This document shows, piece after piece, positions 1 through 12,449 of a stretch of DNA of 64,000 bases. Within the stretch, counting starts at the first letter, position 1. Each line of letters opens with the position of its first letter. The notes below the pieces were generated by a model. That model searched no databases. It had not been told where the DNA came from and saw only the letters and a list, made by a program, of their open reading frames with translations. Source of the DNA: Octopus vulgaris (Eukaryota); contig OX597820.1 in the NCBI GenBank assembly GCA_951406725.2, forward strand, positions 103,478,001 to 103,542,000, in the 5' to 3' direction. A program made the translations under genes and the position numbers.

Positions 1-7
1 TTGAATG

Positions 8-62
<55 letters not shown>

Positions 63-1127
63 GTATATATAAACACACATACAGACATCACAAAGACACA
101 AACACGTTTGCACACACATATATATATGACGGATAACTTTGGAATTATGTTCTTAACACAATAGGTAATATCAGGCAATATCGTACACATACAACAATTA
201 TTTTGTTTTTTCTCTTATATCAAATTTCTTGTTCCTTATGTAAAATGAGAAAATGAATACTATTGTTTAAAAGAAAAATATTTAATACTTTAAAATACGA
301 TTAAAACGAATTTCTCATTCTTATAATTCCTCTTTGGTACATATACACAGTCTCCTTCTTCAGTCACCAAGTCTTGTATGTGCACTCATCCTACACTTGT
401 TAACCCTCTTCATATTTATCTTCTCCCTCCCTCCCTCCCTCTCTCTCCCCCTCTCTCTCTCTCTCACTCGCTCTCACAGCCTCGCTATAATAAATGTAAA
501 GAGTAACTGGGGGATCAACCAACTAACCAACATTTATATCGGCTATTATTATTAACTTACTGTTAATCTGTTAGTATCTGAATCTGATTCTGCCTGTTTA
601 TAGAATTCACATAAGATATAAAGCCATAGCTCCGACTGCCTTTTCTGCATATACTTTGTGGTTAAACATCTCGCTTCGATGAAATAAAATTGTTTTGTTT
701 AGTTTCACGTGGATTTATCTGTAAATAGCTCTTGTTAAATATTTACGTGCCCCAACTCGTTACATCTTTCTTCACACACCTGTGCGTATACGCGCGCATG
801 CAGTGTGTGCGCGTGTGTATGTGTGTATGTGTGCGTGTGTTTGCGTGTGCTTGTATTCACACACATATATGTAGAAGATAAAGATATTAGTATAACAAGT
901 TTAATATCGGTTACACTGCATTGCACATAAGTGATTATGTTGTACTAAATTACACCAGACTTGTAAAAGATATAGATGATCGAAATAATGAGGAATGCTA
1001 ACTTCATCAGACGCTTCCAATTATCTAAAAGCTCTTCGACTTTTTTAGTTTGTGGTGCACCTCCTTGTCGATGTTGGCATTTGACGAAAAGATGTACCTC
1101 TAATACCAGACTTGGTAAACTATCTTC

Positions 1128-1185
<58 letters not shown>

Positions 1186-1814
1186 GTGATCTGGAAGGGC
1201 GGCAATCTTCTTGAGATGTTGGTTAGTGGAGAACTTCTCTCTTCTTAAAGTCAACTTCTGTTCAAAGACGCAAGCAAACTCTGCAATGCATGATCTTACA
1301 TGCAGCGCTGACTGAGATGGAATAATGGAAACATTCTAAGCAGTTCGAGTGTCTTGGTGTGATACTGTAGACACCTCAAGTCGAATAGGTTGTCATCCCT
1401 TGTTCTAGCAAAAAGTATTGCGTTCTACAATTTCGCATCATAACAATTTTCCTTATTTGTATAATGTAACTTAGTGAAAGCAAATAAATCCACATCGACT
1501 TCATCGACGATTTTTCTAATTGTTCAATCCACTAAACCATTCATTCGTTCTATTAGAATGTACTTCAACAGACGTTGTACTTGTATATGTCAGAGTTGGC
1601 CCTCTGAATTACAGTCATAGTAAACTCCTATTTCGTTCCCAAAGTGATACCACACAATGAGATCGCATCACACCCGGGACTTCATGATTATGAAACAAAC
1701 TTATTAACTCGTGTCCATTTTTAATCGCCTACAAATCACAAGCTAGACCTCCTAACGGAAACGTGTTGTCTTCAAGTTTGTTTTGGCAACTCCTGCAAGT
1801 CACAGGTGCCAAGC

Positions 1815-1961
1815 CAGGGTCGGACTGAGCCGTCAGTCAATCGGTCACTGCCCGAGGGCCCGAACTCTGAGAGGCATGCACTCTACATGTTAACTTATCA
1901 ATGCTAAGGGGCCCGGTAAACTGTTATGCCCTAGAGCCCTAACACTCTCAGTCCGTCCTTG
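1815..1961. mobile_element. hAT-type MITE, 147 bp
   Basis: 15-bp TIRs cagggtcggactgag / ctcagtccgtccttg (2 mismatches); 8-bp TSD tgccaagc (1807-1814) / taccaagc (1962-1969). Confidence 0.8.
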
Positions 1962-2894
1962 TACCAAGCTGTATCCGTTCTTGTTCTTATCATAGACAGC
2001 AGTATTATTGGGGGCAGAGAGGGGGGATTTACTGCAAGGGACACAACAGAACTTTGCCTGAGCCTACGCCCCGGAAAGGTCATGACTTTCCAGGTAGAGA
2101 TATAGATGCCAAAGACTATACTGAAACACCGTGGGCGGGAAGTGTCTGGCGAGAAAACAACATGATAAAATGTGTGATGCGATTATGTTTTCCAGTAAAC
2201 ATTGGCGACCGTAATACATTAGGATGTGTAATGGTGCAACAAAATTAAGTGGCATTGTGGGAGGTAGATTATGAAATCGGTTACTGATGATATGAGTCAG
2301 CCTTAACCTCTCGCCTGCCTTGCAATATCAGAAATCTAAAAGGAAAGCAGATATGTCAATGTCGAAGTTTTTTTCCCTTTTGACTCCTAAGCCTGAAAGA
2401 AAGAAAGAAAGAAAGAAAGAAAGACAGTGAAACTTGTATTGAAAACATCGCGCGCATGATGGAAAAAAGAGAAAGAAGGGATGGATGTGTGGGCGGGCGG
2501 GTGGTTTCTAATTTAGGAAAACAACTTATTTGGAGGTGATGTTGTTTAACATAGTTTTCGAGGCTGAATTCAAACGAAAACAACATACAACTACAGTGAT
2601 TAACAACGCCAGTTCCGTGTTATCGTATTTGATCGTTAACCACACACTAAAAAGGAAACAAAAAAAAGGACATAAAGAATCAGGCTATATTATAGTATCT
2701 AAAGCTCGATAGCCTCTGTATACTAGTTCAAATCCTGCATAAATTAGTCAAAGCAGGGGCAGTACCTATGATCTGTGCATATATATATATATATATATAT
2801 CATTTATATCACTGTTTATTTATCACTGTGTCGAGATAAATAGGGCTAATTACTCGAACATTTATAATGGGAATTATATAGCAACATCATTGAT

Positions 2895-3125
2895 CGGTTA
2901 AGGGTTCACGCAACAAAATAGTAAATTAGGGATCCAAAATAGTATTCTAAGGGACCCCTAAAAAATTTTGCTTTAGAAGTATGTATTGGTATGTATTACA
3001 ATAAACAGCTAAGTTTTTTTCTCTAACATTTTACATAGCTCAACCTATAAAAGTTAATGTGTGAATAACAAAATAAGAATTTTGAAAAAGGTTCTATAAA
3101 ACTAGTTTTTAAGCAGCGAATGACT
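2895..3125 (-). mobile_element. Internal fragment of the hAT/Charlie-like MITE family
   Basis: Reverse-complement similarity to 35433-35757 (shared aaaactagtttttaagca and caacct..aagttaatgtgtgaa blocks). Confidence 0.65.
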
Positions 3126-3224
3126 TTCCAATGAAAAGCATGGTAATGGATGAAACGACGTCAACTCGAAACCCCACACTCCAGATAACGTCATTGAACA
3201 TTTTTAGAAAGAGTTTTTAAACAG

Positions 3225-4886
3225 TTATTTTATTTTTGTTTCTATGTCCTTCCTGTGTGTTGTATATCCAGTGTTCTTTTTGGGGGTAACGTTTTTTGCT
3301 GTCTGTGTTTCCAATGTTTTTGTCTGCGTTTCTGTTCTTGTGCGTTTATTTTCGTCTTTTTGTACTTGCTGTGTGTTACTTGTGTTGTGGAGGCGCAATG
3401 GCCCAGTGGTTAGGGGATGGTGGTGATCCCTGCTGTACTCTTTCACCACAACTTTCTCTCACTCTTACTTCCTGTTTCTGTTGTACCTGTATTTCAAAGG
3501 GCAGCCTTGTCACTTTCTGTGTCATGCTGAATATCCCCGAGAACTACGTTAAGGGTGTGTTGTATATTCACTGTTCTTTTTGGGGGATATCTTTTTCCTT
3601 TTTGCTGACTGCGTTTGTAATGCATTTTGCCTGAGTTCGTATCTGTTCTTGTGCATTCGTTTTTAAGCTTTTTGTGTCTGTTGGAGGAAGAGAGCGAGAA
3701 CTTTTTTCTCTTCCACCCTGCAACTGACCATTCCTCCTCACTTACTTTGGTAGATGTGGACGGTCCAGTTTCCTCCGGTGTGCAATTCTATTTCTCCACT
3801 GTCTTCTCCACCTCTTCCTGCTTCTCTTCCTCTTCACCTGGTGCTTCCTCGTTAGGCTTCTCTTACTGTTCCATTTGTTCATCCTGCTTTTTTCCCCTGT
3901 GCTTCAGGTTGAAGGGTCTGGGGGCACGTTTTCCTTATGTACTCCTTCAGTCCGCACTCGAAACATCTTGGGATTCTACCTTGGACCGAGACTCACAGTT
4001 TTGTCTCATCCGGCAGAATTATAACTTCTGGAATTTCCTCCAATTCTGCTGGTGTGGCTTGAATTGTCGCCCGAAGACTCCCGTCACACAAGTTCTGGAC
4101 TTTTTTCTCCTCGAACTCCAGCAGTATCATCTCCTCCTCTATATTACAGCAAGCGGCTTCCAGAAGCCACGCCGATCGAATTTCAGGTAGATAACCTTCT
4201 ATTGCGATTTTGTGGTTCTTTTGCCAAGGTATGACGGTGAAAGAGCCAGCTCGTTCGTCTACAGGGTGATAGCGGAATCATCCCTGGGCTCGCATTCTGA
4301 CATGAATTGTACCTCCACAGTACCGAATTTCTTTCCTATTTTCATGAATGCCACCTTGAACAAAATAGGCTTTTGGGTCTTTTCAATTTCTTTGGTCAAT
4401 GCTATCTCTATTTTCTTTGCTTTAAGAGATAGTGTTTCATAAATTATTATTCTTTTTCTTGTTTGTTTTGTGGCTTCATTGGGGGGGGGGAGTTAATCTC
4501 ACGTTTGCTCCCTCTCTCCGCAGAATGAAATTTTTTCCACGGCCTCTAGTCTGATGTATCTTCTTTGCTTTTTACCCACCGCTGCTGCATAACCTTCCAC
4601 ATTTTCTTCTGAGTCGCTTTCGCACTCCGAGTCTCCAGGAGTACCAACGCTTCATACAAATTACTAGTCATTTTATGCAGGCACCATTCCCACACAAAAT
4701 GCAAAATTCGCCCCTACCGGGGGAACAACAGGAAAACCAGGCCTATTAAGGCGAACAATGTGTCAAAAGACACTAACAGTTTTTAAAGACGAGCTAGCCC
4801 CAATGGGAACAACTGCAACAAAACGACATCAAACAAATAACCAACTGCAACTCAAAGTAGTACACGGCACACTGTTTAGCGCACTG
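3225..4886 (-). mobile_element. Decayed 5' part (5'UTR + ORF1) of an L1/Tx1-like LINE
   Basis: Minus-strand ATG at 4671 reads MTSNLYEALV...GYAAAVGK; zinc knuckle CFECGLKEYIRKTC (CCHC with H>Y) at 3924-3965; followed by an acidic/basic low-complexity tail; frameshifts and stops present. Confidence 0.7.
3389..3555 (+). mobile_element. tRNA-headed SINE fragment (family C)
   Basis: A-box-like head ggaggcgcaatggcccagtggttagg; the gtacctgtatttcaaag..gagaactac block is shared with 55988-56275. Confidence 0.55.
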
Positions 4887-5039
4887 TATTTCTTTATTGG
4901 CCACACAGGGCCTAACATAGAGGCGACAAACAAGGACAGAGAAAACACAAAAGTGGGGAAAAATAAAATCGAATGAAAAGAATGGTAATGATAAATAAAA
5001 AGGTGGAACGACGTCAACCAGACAAGTAACATCTCCATC

Positions 5040-6245
5040 AATCAATGATTTGATGAGATCTGAGCCATTGATGTGAAAACCAAAAAAAATACTAACAAGC
5101 ACACATAATTTCCACATAAAGAGTGACGTAGACCGCCTCTACCTAAAACGTAAACAAAACGGCAAATGCCGTTTGATAACTTAGAATATATGCCCAAAGA
5201 AGTCGTATCATCAGATGAAAGGATGACCCTATATGAGCAGAAAACAAAGAGTGTTGCCCAAGAAGCTGCCTTATGATGTTATCAGCTTCATGTATGCAAA
5301 CTTGGTCAAAGGATGCATTTCGACACTTGGTGGTTAAAAGATGTTGCCGAAGGGATATGATGAGAAATTCAAAGGCATTTTGGATCGATGTTAAGCATTT
5401 GCCGCCTTGTTTACGTTGTAGGTAGAGGCGGTCTACGTCACTCTTTATAGATAAGACACTCTATAATGAAACCCGTCGGAAGGATAATCCCGAGGACAAA
5501 GAAATAAGAATCCACAATATGGTAGAAGCCATAGCCACTCATAATAAAAAGGAATACTGGTAGAATGTACCAGTGAAGACCTCAATAAAATGTAAGCGCA
5601 ACAGACCTGGTATAATGATTTGGGATAGAGAAGAGAAATTGTGTACAGTTGGGGAAATTAGCTGCCCAGCGGATGTTAACATAAAGCTGAAGATCAGTGA
5701 AAATGAGAACATGTATGCTGAACTATTGAGAAATCTACAGTTACTCAATCCAGATTACAAGTTCAGGTTTATACCTGTAATTATTGGGGCCCTAGGATAT
5801 GTAACTGCCTAAATACCAATCTTGAAAAATTAGGCTTCTCAAAACCATAAAGGAGAAAGCTAATTCGAAGACTACAGTTCCAATCCATCAATGGAACTAA
5901 AGTTTTGTAAAAGTTGCCAGCAGTTTATCATTTAAATATATATGAGCATGTCTAGATATGCACCTATATGCATGAGAAAACATACATAAAACATACAAAT
6001 CTGCACATACACACACATACATACATACATACATACATACATACATACATACATACATACATACATACATACAAAAATATCCTGTTTTGATGTTGAAATT
6101 CCAATGAAGGGTCCTTGGATCTAGATTAGAAACTGGTTCTTTCTCTATTGGCAAGAAATCTTGAAATAAACTGAATAATGACATACATACATACATACAT
6201 ACATACATACATACATACATACATACATACATACACACATACATA
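5040..6245 (+). mobile_element. Rearranged 3' part of an R4/Dong-like RLE non-LTR retrotransposon with (TACA)n tail
   Basis: HIKSDVDRLYLKRK post-RT motif (~5113-5160); restriction-like endonuclease RPGIMIWD..EISCP..IPVIIGALG (ORF 5573-5812); 3'UTR ends in (TACA)n; homologous copy at 63310-63748 (-). Confidence 0.8.
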
Positions 6246-6249
6246 CAAC

Positions 6250-6516
6250 TTCTATATCCGGATTATAGATTTACATTTATACCAACAATAATTGGAGCAC
6301 TTGGCTTTGTAAGTAAATGCCTAACTGACAGTCTGGATAAGCTTGGATTTTCAAAAAAAGAAATCAACTAACTGATTCGCACATTACAAAAAATACAATA
6401 AGATTTTGCAAGACTTTTCTCTAGTTTACAATGTTAAATAGTCTTCGTTGTCAACATTCCAACGATGGAGTTTTGTGTCTTTGTTAGAAACCAGCTCCTT
6501 CAGAAGAAGAAGAAGA
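6250..6516 (+). mobile_element. 3' end fragment of a related RLE LINE with (GAA)n tail
   Basis: Translates [20 protein letters not shown], homologous to 5750-5810; ends cagaagaagaagaaga. Confidence 0.7.
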
Positions 6517-6619
6517 GTTTAAATAATTAAATGCAGAAGAGACGTACATAAGTATATATACATACATACACATGTATGTATGTACGTACGTACGCATGTT
6601 TGTTTGTTTGTATTCACAC

Positions 6620-6650
<31 letters not shown>

Positions 6651-7554
6651 TGTATGTATGTATGTATGTATGTATGTATATTTGTATGTATGTATGTACG
6701 TATGTTTGTTTGTATACACATATATATTTATATAATTCAGGTTTCCTTATTCTTTACCAGAAATGACGAACCGTTAGACTGTACTGTAAGAAGAAACTTT
6801 AAAGTTGTAATTAAATTATCTATTTATGAAAAGTTGAAGTGTGAGTAATTATTTCATGAAATAGTAAGGTTTTCTTAGATTTTTCTTTTTCTTTTCTTTT
6901 TCTTGAGTGTTACAAATTATCAGAGCAAAGACCATAGCTGGAGGACTCCTTAAAAAGCTTCTTTAACACAGGACTCCTCTCTACAAGCACCACCACTCCC
7001 ATCAGGAACTATTGATATTAGCAGTCGAGATGTATTTAAAATGACATCGACATGAATTGAAAGATGGTTGATCTAATAGATGACAGATACTTGACTCGAT
7101 GGGTTGGCATATCATCAATAAAGGCTGTTTTTAATCAGCAGGTCAACCCTGATTGAGTTGGGCGATGACAGATACTTAACGAGCACTGGACTCGAACGGT
7201 TGGTATATCAATAAAGCTTACCGTCAACACTGGTTGTGGTTGCTGTTGTTTATCAGTATGTCAGTCAGCCTTGATTAACCCATTAGTATTCAGATTCATC
7301 TGTAAAATGCTTTGCTTATTCATTCACATTGTTTTGAATTAGTCATGTATAATCTCATAGCTCTGAGATTTTCGTGATGTGGCACTTTACTTTAGGAATG
7401 GTAGGATAGGTATAAGAGGCTGGATTTGGGTACTTTGAACATAAAGGAAATAGAATATTTTGGCTGGATATGGCTGGCTTGACTGCTAGAGAGTTAAGCC
7501 GAGCTATGAATAAAAACATTTCATTTATAAGTATCCCGTCTTTTTATACACCTA

Positions 7555-7907
7555 ATATCTTTTATCTTTTACTTGTTTCAGTCATTGGACAGCGGCCATG
7601 CTGAAGCACTGCTCTGAAGGGTTTAGTCCAGTCACTGGCAAACTACTTCCTGCGGAGACTTTCTAAATGGCATGCCTAATGAAAAATTACCTTGAGTTTA
7701 TTTTAGTAGTGCAGCTCGTTTCATGATGAGCCATATCTTAAGCGGTTCACCTGATAATAACCCATGTCTCATGTGATCCGCTTCTCGAAAAATGTTGCCT
7801 ATACTTGGTTTAGTCGAACAAATCTTTTGCGTACTGGTAAGTTACGGAGACGTAACTTACAGGTGTCAAACGGCGGGTGGAGCACAAACACAAGATACGA
7901 AAACTCA

Positions 7908-7965
<58 letters not shown>

Positions 7966-8130
7966 CTGCACACATCCACATAGATACGATGGGCTTCCAG
8001 AATGTTTCCACCTACGAAATTCACTCACAAGGTTATTGTCGGAGACACTACCCTAAGGTGTCACACAGTGGGACTGATCTCCAAGCCAAATGGTTGCAAA
8101 ATGAACATCTTAACCGCATAGCATTACCTA
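7555..8130 (-). mobile_element. Degenerate family-A SINE interrupted by ~160 bp of unrelated sequence
   Basis: cttgtttcagtcatt..gcggccatgctg tail at the left; ccctaaggtgtcacacagtgggactga head region at the right. Confidence 0.65.
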
Positions 8131-8389
8131 TGTTTTTTCAAGACTTTTTTTAAGACAGTAGAGTATGTTTTAAAGATTTGATTGCTATTTCTAACAGATT
8201 GAGTGATCACGCCGAGAAGAGTGATTTACCAAAACAGTTCCCTATTTACACAGTATCAAACGTTGAACCTAAATCAAATGGACCGACTTTTCTTACGTCT
8301 TGAATTCAAAAATGTCACACAATATACGTGTCACGTGATGACAGCTTTTCTATTCCAGTTACCATCTTGAAAACCAAGAAGCGAAGTAA

Positions 8390-8607
8390 TATTGATTTCA
8401 AATTTTGACACAAGACCAATAATTTTAGGGAATGGGTAAGTCGATTACACGGACCCCAGTACTGAACTGGTACTTATTTTATCGACCCCGAATGGTTGAA
8501 AGGCAAAGTCAACCTCAGCGGAATTTGAACTTAGAACGTAAAGACGAATGGATTGCCACTGAGTATTTTGCCTGGCATGCTAACGATTCTGCTAACTCGC
8601 GGCCTTG
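8390..8607 (-). mobile_element. Family-B tRNA-derived SINE
   Basis: Reverse complement of ...gactttgcctttca..ggggtcgataaaataagtaccag; matches 38050-38282. Confidence 0.8.
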
Positions 8608-8811
8608 AAGCGAAGTAATAATAATTATACTATCAGCATAGCTGTATAGTTAATGATTCATTTCACAATTACGTGGTTCCGGGTTCGGTTTCTTTTAAGA
8701 GTAACAAATTGAGCAAATGATGTCCATTGTAGATCCTAGTTAACCAATGTTTTGTGAATGGAATTCAGTTGACGGAAACAGTGCAAGGATCATCGTGTAC
8801 ACGAATACATA

Positions 8812-9041
8812 TACAGGGGGTGGGGTACAAAACTAGGCATACAGTAAGTATCACATTTATGTTATATTTAATTCATTAGCCTCATTTTTGATATTTTCAG
8901 TGTCATTAATCATAATACATTTATCGTAACTACAATAATACTTTTATAGTAACTTTAAATTTTTTTTTGTTAAAAATAAATGAGTATTATACATATTTTC
9001 TTTTTACATAACTGTATACCCACTTTTGTACCACCATTTAT
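8812..9041. mobile_element. Tc1/mariner-like MITE, ~230 bp
   Basis: Degenerate TIRs ggtacaaaactaggcatacagt / actgtatacccacttttgtacc; TA flanks; AT-rich interior. Confidence 0.55.
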
Positions 9042-9404
9042 AAACACAAACATACGTATATGCGTATATGCGTATATGCGTATATGTGTGTATTTATGTA
9101 TGTATGTTTGCGTTTTTCATCTTCAATGAATAGATGTGTTTATTGGAGCAAATCGGAGATAGGTCCCATTACATTTGAAAAATTGAAACAAATAACCTGT
9201 TGGTAAGCAGGAAAGGATGAAACAGGTATGAAACAGAAGATGAGCCCTAATAGCCCTAAAAGGCCAGGGAGCTCAATAATTGAAACCACAACATACACGT
9301 TAAATGAGTGAATGTTTAATGGGTGTCTTTTTCTGTGTATATGCGTACGTATGCATAGTATATATATTACATAATGCGTGTGTGTATACACACACACACA
9401 TATG

Positions 9405-9635
9405 ATAGATCGTTAGCTCCTACATGCATTTTTTCTCTCCTTGTTTTTTCTCTCCTTTTTTCCTCTCCTTGTTTCTCTCCTTGTTTTTTTTTTCTGTGTA
9501 TCTTTCTCTCGAAGAGCGTAGGCTCGAAACGTAAAAGACTTTTTCTGTTTCTATTCCTGATCGCTATACTAATACATTTGTTTGTTTGTACTCCACCTGC
9601 CTTCGTCTTTTGTTTATTTTCGTAAGCCTTCCCGT

Positions 9636-9636
<1 letters not shown>
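9405..9636 (+). mobile_element. Penelope-like element terminal (pLTR-like) fragment
   Basis: Close copy of 18325-18502; contains a hammerhead-like motif at 9501-9538. Confidence 0.6.
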
Positions 9637-9666
<30 letters not shown>

Positions 9667-9667
9667 A

Positions 9668-10196
9668 TGTCAGGTCACTTTCGAGTGCTACTGGTAACAT
9701 GTAACCCAGTACAACCTGTTGCATGGTCGGGTTGTCGACGACTAAACCGGCAACTCCACCAAGGTGAGGAGGGTATATATTGGACACCCTGCGGGATGAA
9801 AAACAAAACCCATCAAAGGGCGGAGGAACTCTTGAGAGTCAACGGCCATCCAATAAATGTCTTAAGGATGTACCATGCGCGGGGACATAGAAATAATCGG
9901 ACTGAATACCCGATCGCGCGGTTAAACCATTGGGAGTGAAGGACTCCTAGTCCTTGTTAGGGCATCCTTCTAGGAGAAGGTAACTCCGACATAAAACCTG
10001 CGGCTCAGTGGTTACCGATGATGTTGACTTGTTCTTCTTTTCGGATTAAGGCTGCTGTTGCTTAGTGAGTGGGATTGACTCAGTGCACAGCCTTTCCTCA
10101 CTTTAAAAAAAAATCTACTTGCACAGGCATTGCACGATAACAACATTGATTAAGCTTCGTGCAATGGCCATACTCGATAATGAGAGGGCAGCCACC
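9668..10196 (+). mobile_element. Probable RTE-related non-autonomous element
   Basis: GC-richer 530-bp block between (TA)n tracts, with RTE 5'UTR-like motif gggcatccttctaggagaaggtaactccgacataaaacc; a second fragment lies at 45935-46130. Confidence 0.5.
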
Positions 10197-10210
10197 ATAT
10201 ATATATATAT

Positions 10211-10789
10211 ACGAGCAAAACGCCCCTCGTCCAGTGGACGGTGCTGAGTTGTCAAACATTTAAACCAAATTTTCTCAAAACAACTTATCCAACCATCCCA
10301 TAGGTCTCCCCTTTGAGAAACACTGATTTAACCTAAATTTGAGACACCAGCAAAAGAAGAAATAAAGATAGACTTATTTTCTATTCCAAAGAAAAACGAT
10401 TTTATTCACACAAATATGCAACCGAAGAGTTTAAAGTACCAGTAATGATAAGGCTGTTGAGTGGGAGAACACAAACATGGTTTAAACAGTAAGCTTGGCA
10501 GCAAAGAAACGTGCCTTTAAGCAGTACAAAAACAACGTGCATTTTTCTCGCGTATGCGTAGTATCGATCGCAACAGCTGATGTACTTGCGCGTACAAATG
10601 CACGTTCCCACGGCTTTATCGATCGCATTCTCATCTGGAATCGATTTTTGTAATTTTTCAAGATTTATACACGCCCTGATACCGTCGGTATCTACACATC
10701 AAATTTGAGCGCGATCGGATGGAGGATGCCCGAGATCCTAGAAGACACACACACAGACAGACAGAACGATTTTATATAATATATATATG
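10211..10789 (-). mobile_element. Non-autonomous Helitron-like element
   Basis: Minus-strand 3' end has hairpin CGTCC-ACT-GGACG ~12 nt before CTCG|T (CTAG variant); opposite end has the aaatttgagcgcgatcggat..acagacagacag..ttttatata pattern typical of Helitron non-autonomous elements. Confidence 0.55.
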
Positions 10790-11248
10790 CAGAGAGAGAG
10801 AGAGAGAGAGAGATGGAGGGAGGGAAGGACAAGTAGACAAATACACAGACCAGCGACGAAGAGCGAATGAATGTGACAAAATGATAAAGGTTATGCGACA
10901 GGAATACCACAAGGAGTGATGAATATTCCTTGCATATGTGTAGGCCAATGACCGAGTAAGTGTGTGTACGTGTGTGTGTGTTTTTGCGCGGGCACGTGGG
11001 TGTGCGAATTCGCGCGCGAGTGTATGTGTGTATGTTTAAACGGATGAGGTGTATTTTTCTCGTCCGTTCGACTCACTGAGGCAGTTTTGTTGAAACAAAA
11101 GTCCTAATGGTTGTATAAATTATTCCGCCACCTGCCAGCAAGGCTGGTGAAAGGTGACAGCTACATATTGTTTTTTAACCCCGTATCATTTTATATACAT
11201 ATATATATAAATATATATATATCTTAGTTTTTTAAAAATGTAAATAAA

Positions 11249-11626
11249 GGCGCAGGAGTGGCTGTCTGGTAAGTAGCTTGCTTACCAACCACATGGTTCC
11301 GGGTTCAGTCTCACTACGTGGCACCTTGGGCAAGTGCCTTCTACTATAGCCTCGGGCCGCAGTCAAAGCCTTGTGAGTGAATTTGGTAGACGGAAACTGA
11401 AAGAAGCCCATCGTATATATGTATATGTGCGTCTGTGTTTGTCCCCCCAACATCGCTTGACAACCGATGCTGGTCTGTCTACGTTCCCGTAACTTAGCGG
11501 TTCGGCAAAAGAGACCGATAGAATAAGTACTAGGCTTACAAAGAATAAGTCCTGGGGTCGATTTGCTCGACTAAAGGCGGTGCTCCAGCACGGCCGCTGT
11601 CAAATGACTGAAACAAATAAAAGAAT
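11249..11626 (+). mobile_element. Full-length family-A tRNA-derived CORE-type SINE
   Basis: tRNA-like head ggcgcaggagtggct..ggttccgggttcagtc (A/B boxes), CORE-like ggcaccttgggcaagt, internal (TA/TG) tract, tail gactgaaacaaataaaaga; more than 15 copies or fragments in the window. Confidence 0.9.
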
Positions 11627-11841
11627 ATATATATATAGGGGAATTTTCCTTGTGTTATTTGTCCTGTACTCTATTTTTTCGTTGTTTAAGAAAAATGTCC
11701 AGTTCCTTGGTTTTGTGTTTATGTTTTCGTTTCTCATTGTGTTCGACGGTTTTTTGGTGTCCTGTACCCATATATGCGTGTATATATACATGTAGAGGTA
11801 GGTACGTACATATATGAATGTATATATGCATATGTTTTATT

Positions 11842-11879
<38 letters not shown>

Positions 11880-11885
11880 TTATAT

Positions 11886-11916
<31 letters not shown>

Positions 11917-12392
11917 CATTATATATAATATTATATTTTTCTTTTATATACATAAAAGAAAAGAATAAAAGAGAATGTGCGTGTGTGCGTGTGTGTACCT
12001 GCATGAACAAAAACGGAGAAAATCACATCTTAAATTGATAATTACACCATTACGACGATCGTTTTTAAAGTTACTAAAGTCAAACCATTATATTGGAAAA
12101 TGTATATTAAGACAATGTTATCAAAAGAATTTTAAGCCGTGATCTTACGGTCATTTTTTTTCTAGTTTTTCGGGCAGTGTATTTTTAGATACAGATTGTG
12201 TCCTTCCCGTTTATTTTTTAAAAAGGAAGAGCGTGATGTGAGGGAGCTTTGAGTGTTACTTCTAGCAGATTTGGGTAACCACATCAGAACTTCTTAGTTG
12301 GGTCGTCACAACTGTGTTGTCAACAACTTTGTTATATCAATGCCCTGACAACTTTCCGACACATCACTTGTTGTGTTCTGTTTTCTTCTCAC

Positions 12393-12449
<57 letters not shown>

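Noticed and set aside
945-1560. Possible minus-strand coding remnant (KKVEELLDNWKRLMK..)
   Set aside because: Interrupted by (CT)n and stops; no recognisable motif, so it could not be classified.
9668-9960. Possible HDV-like ribozyme in the RTE-related element leader
   Set aside because: The nested double pseudoknot could not be assigned by eye; it needs a descriptor search.
11249-11330. tRNA-like heads with A/B boxes
   Set aside because: They continue into SINE bodies in every copy, with no complete cloverleaf or terminator, so they are not tRNA genes.
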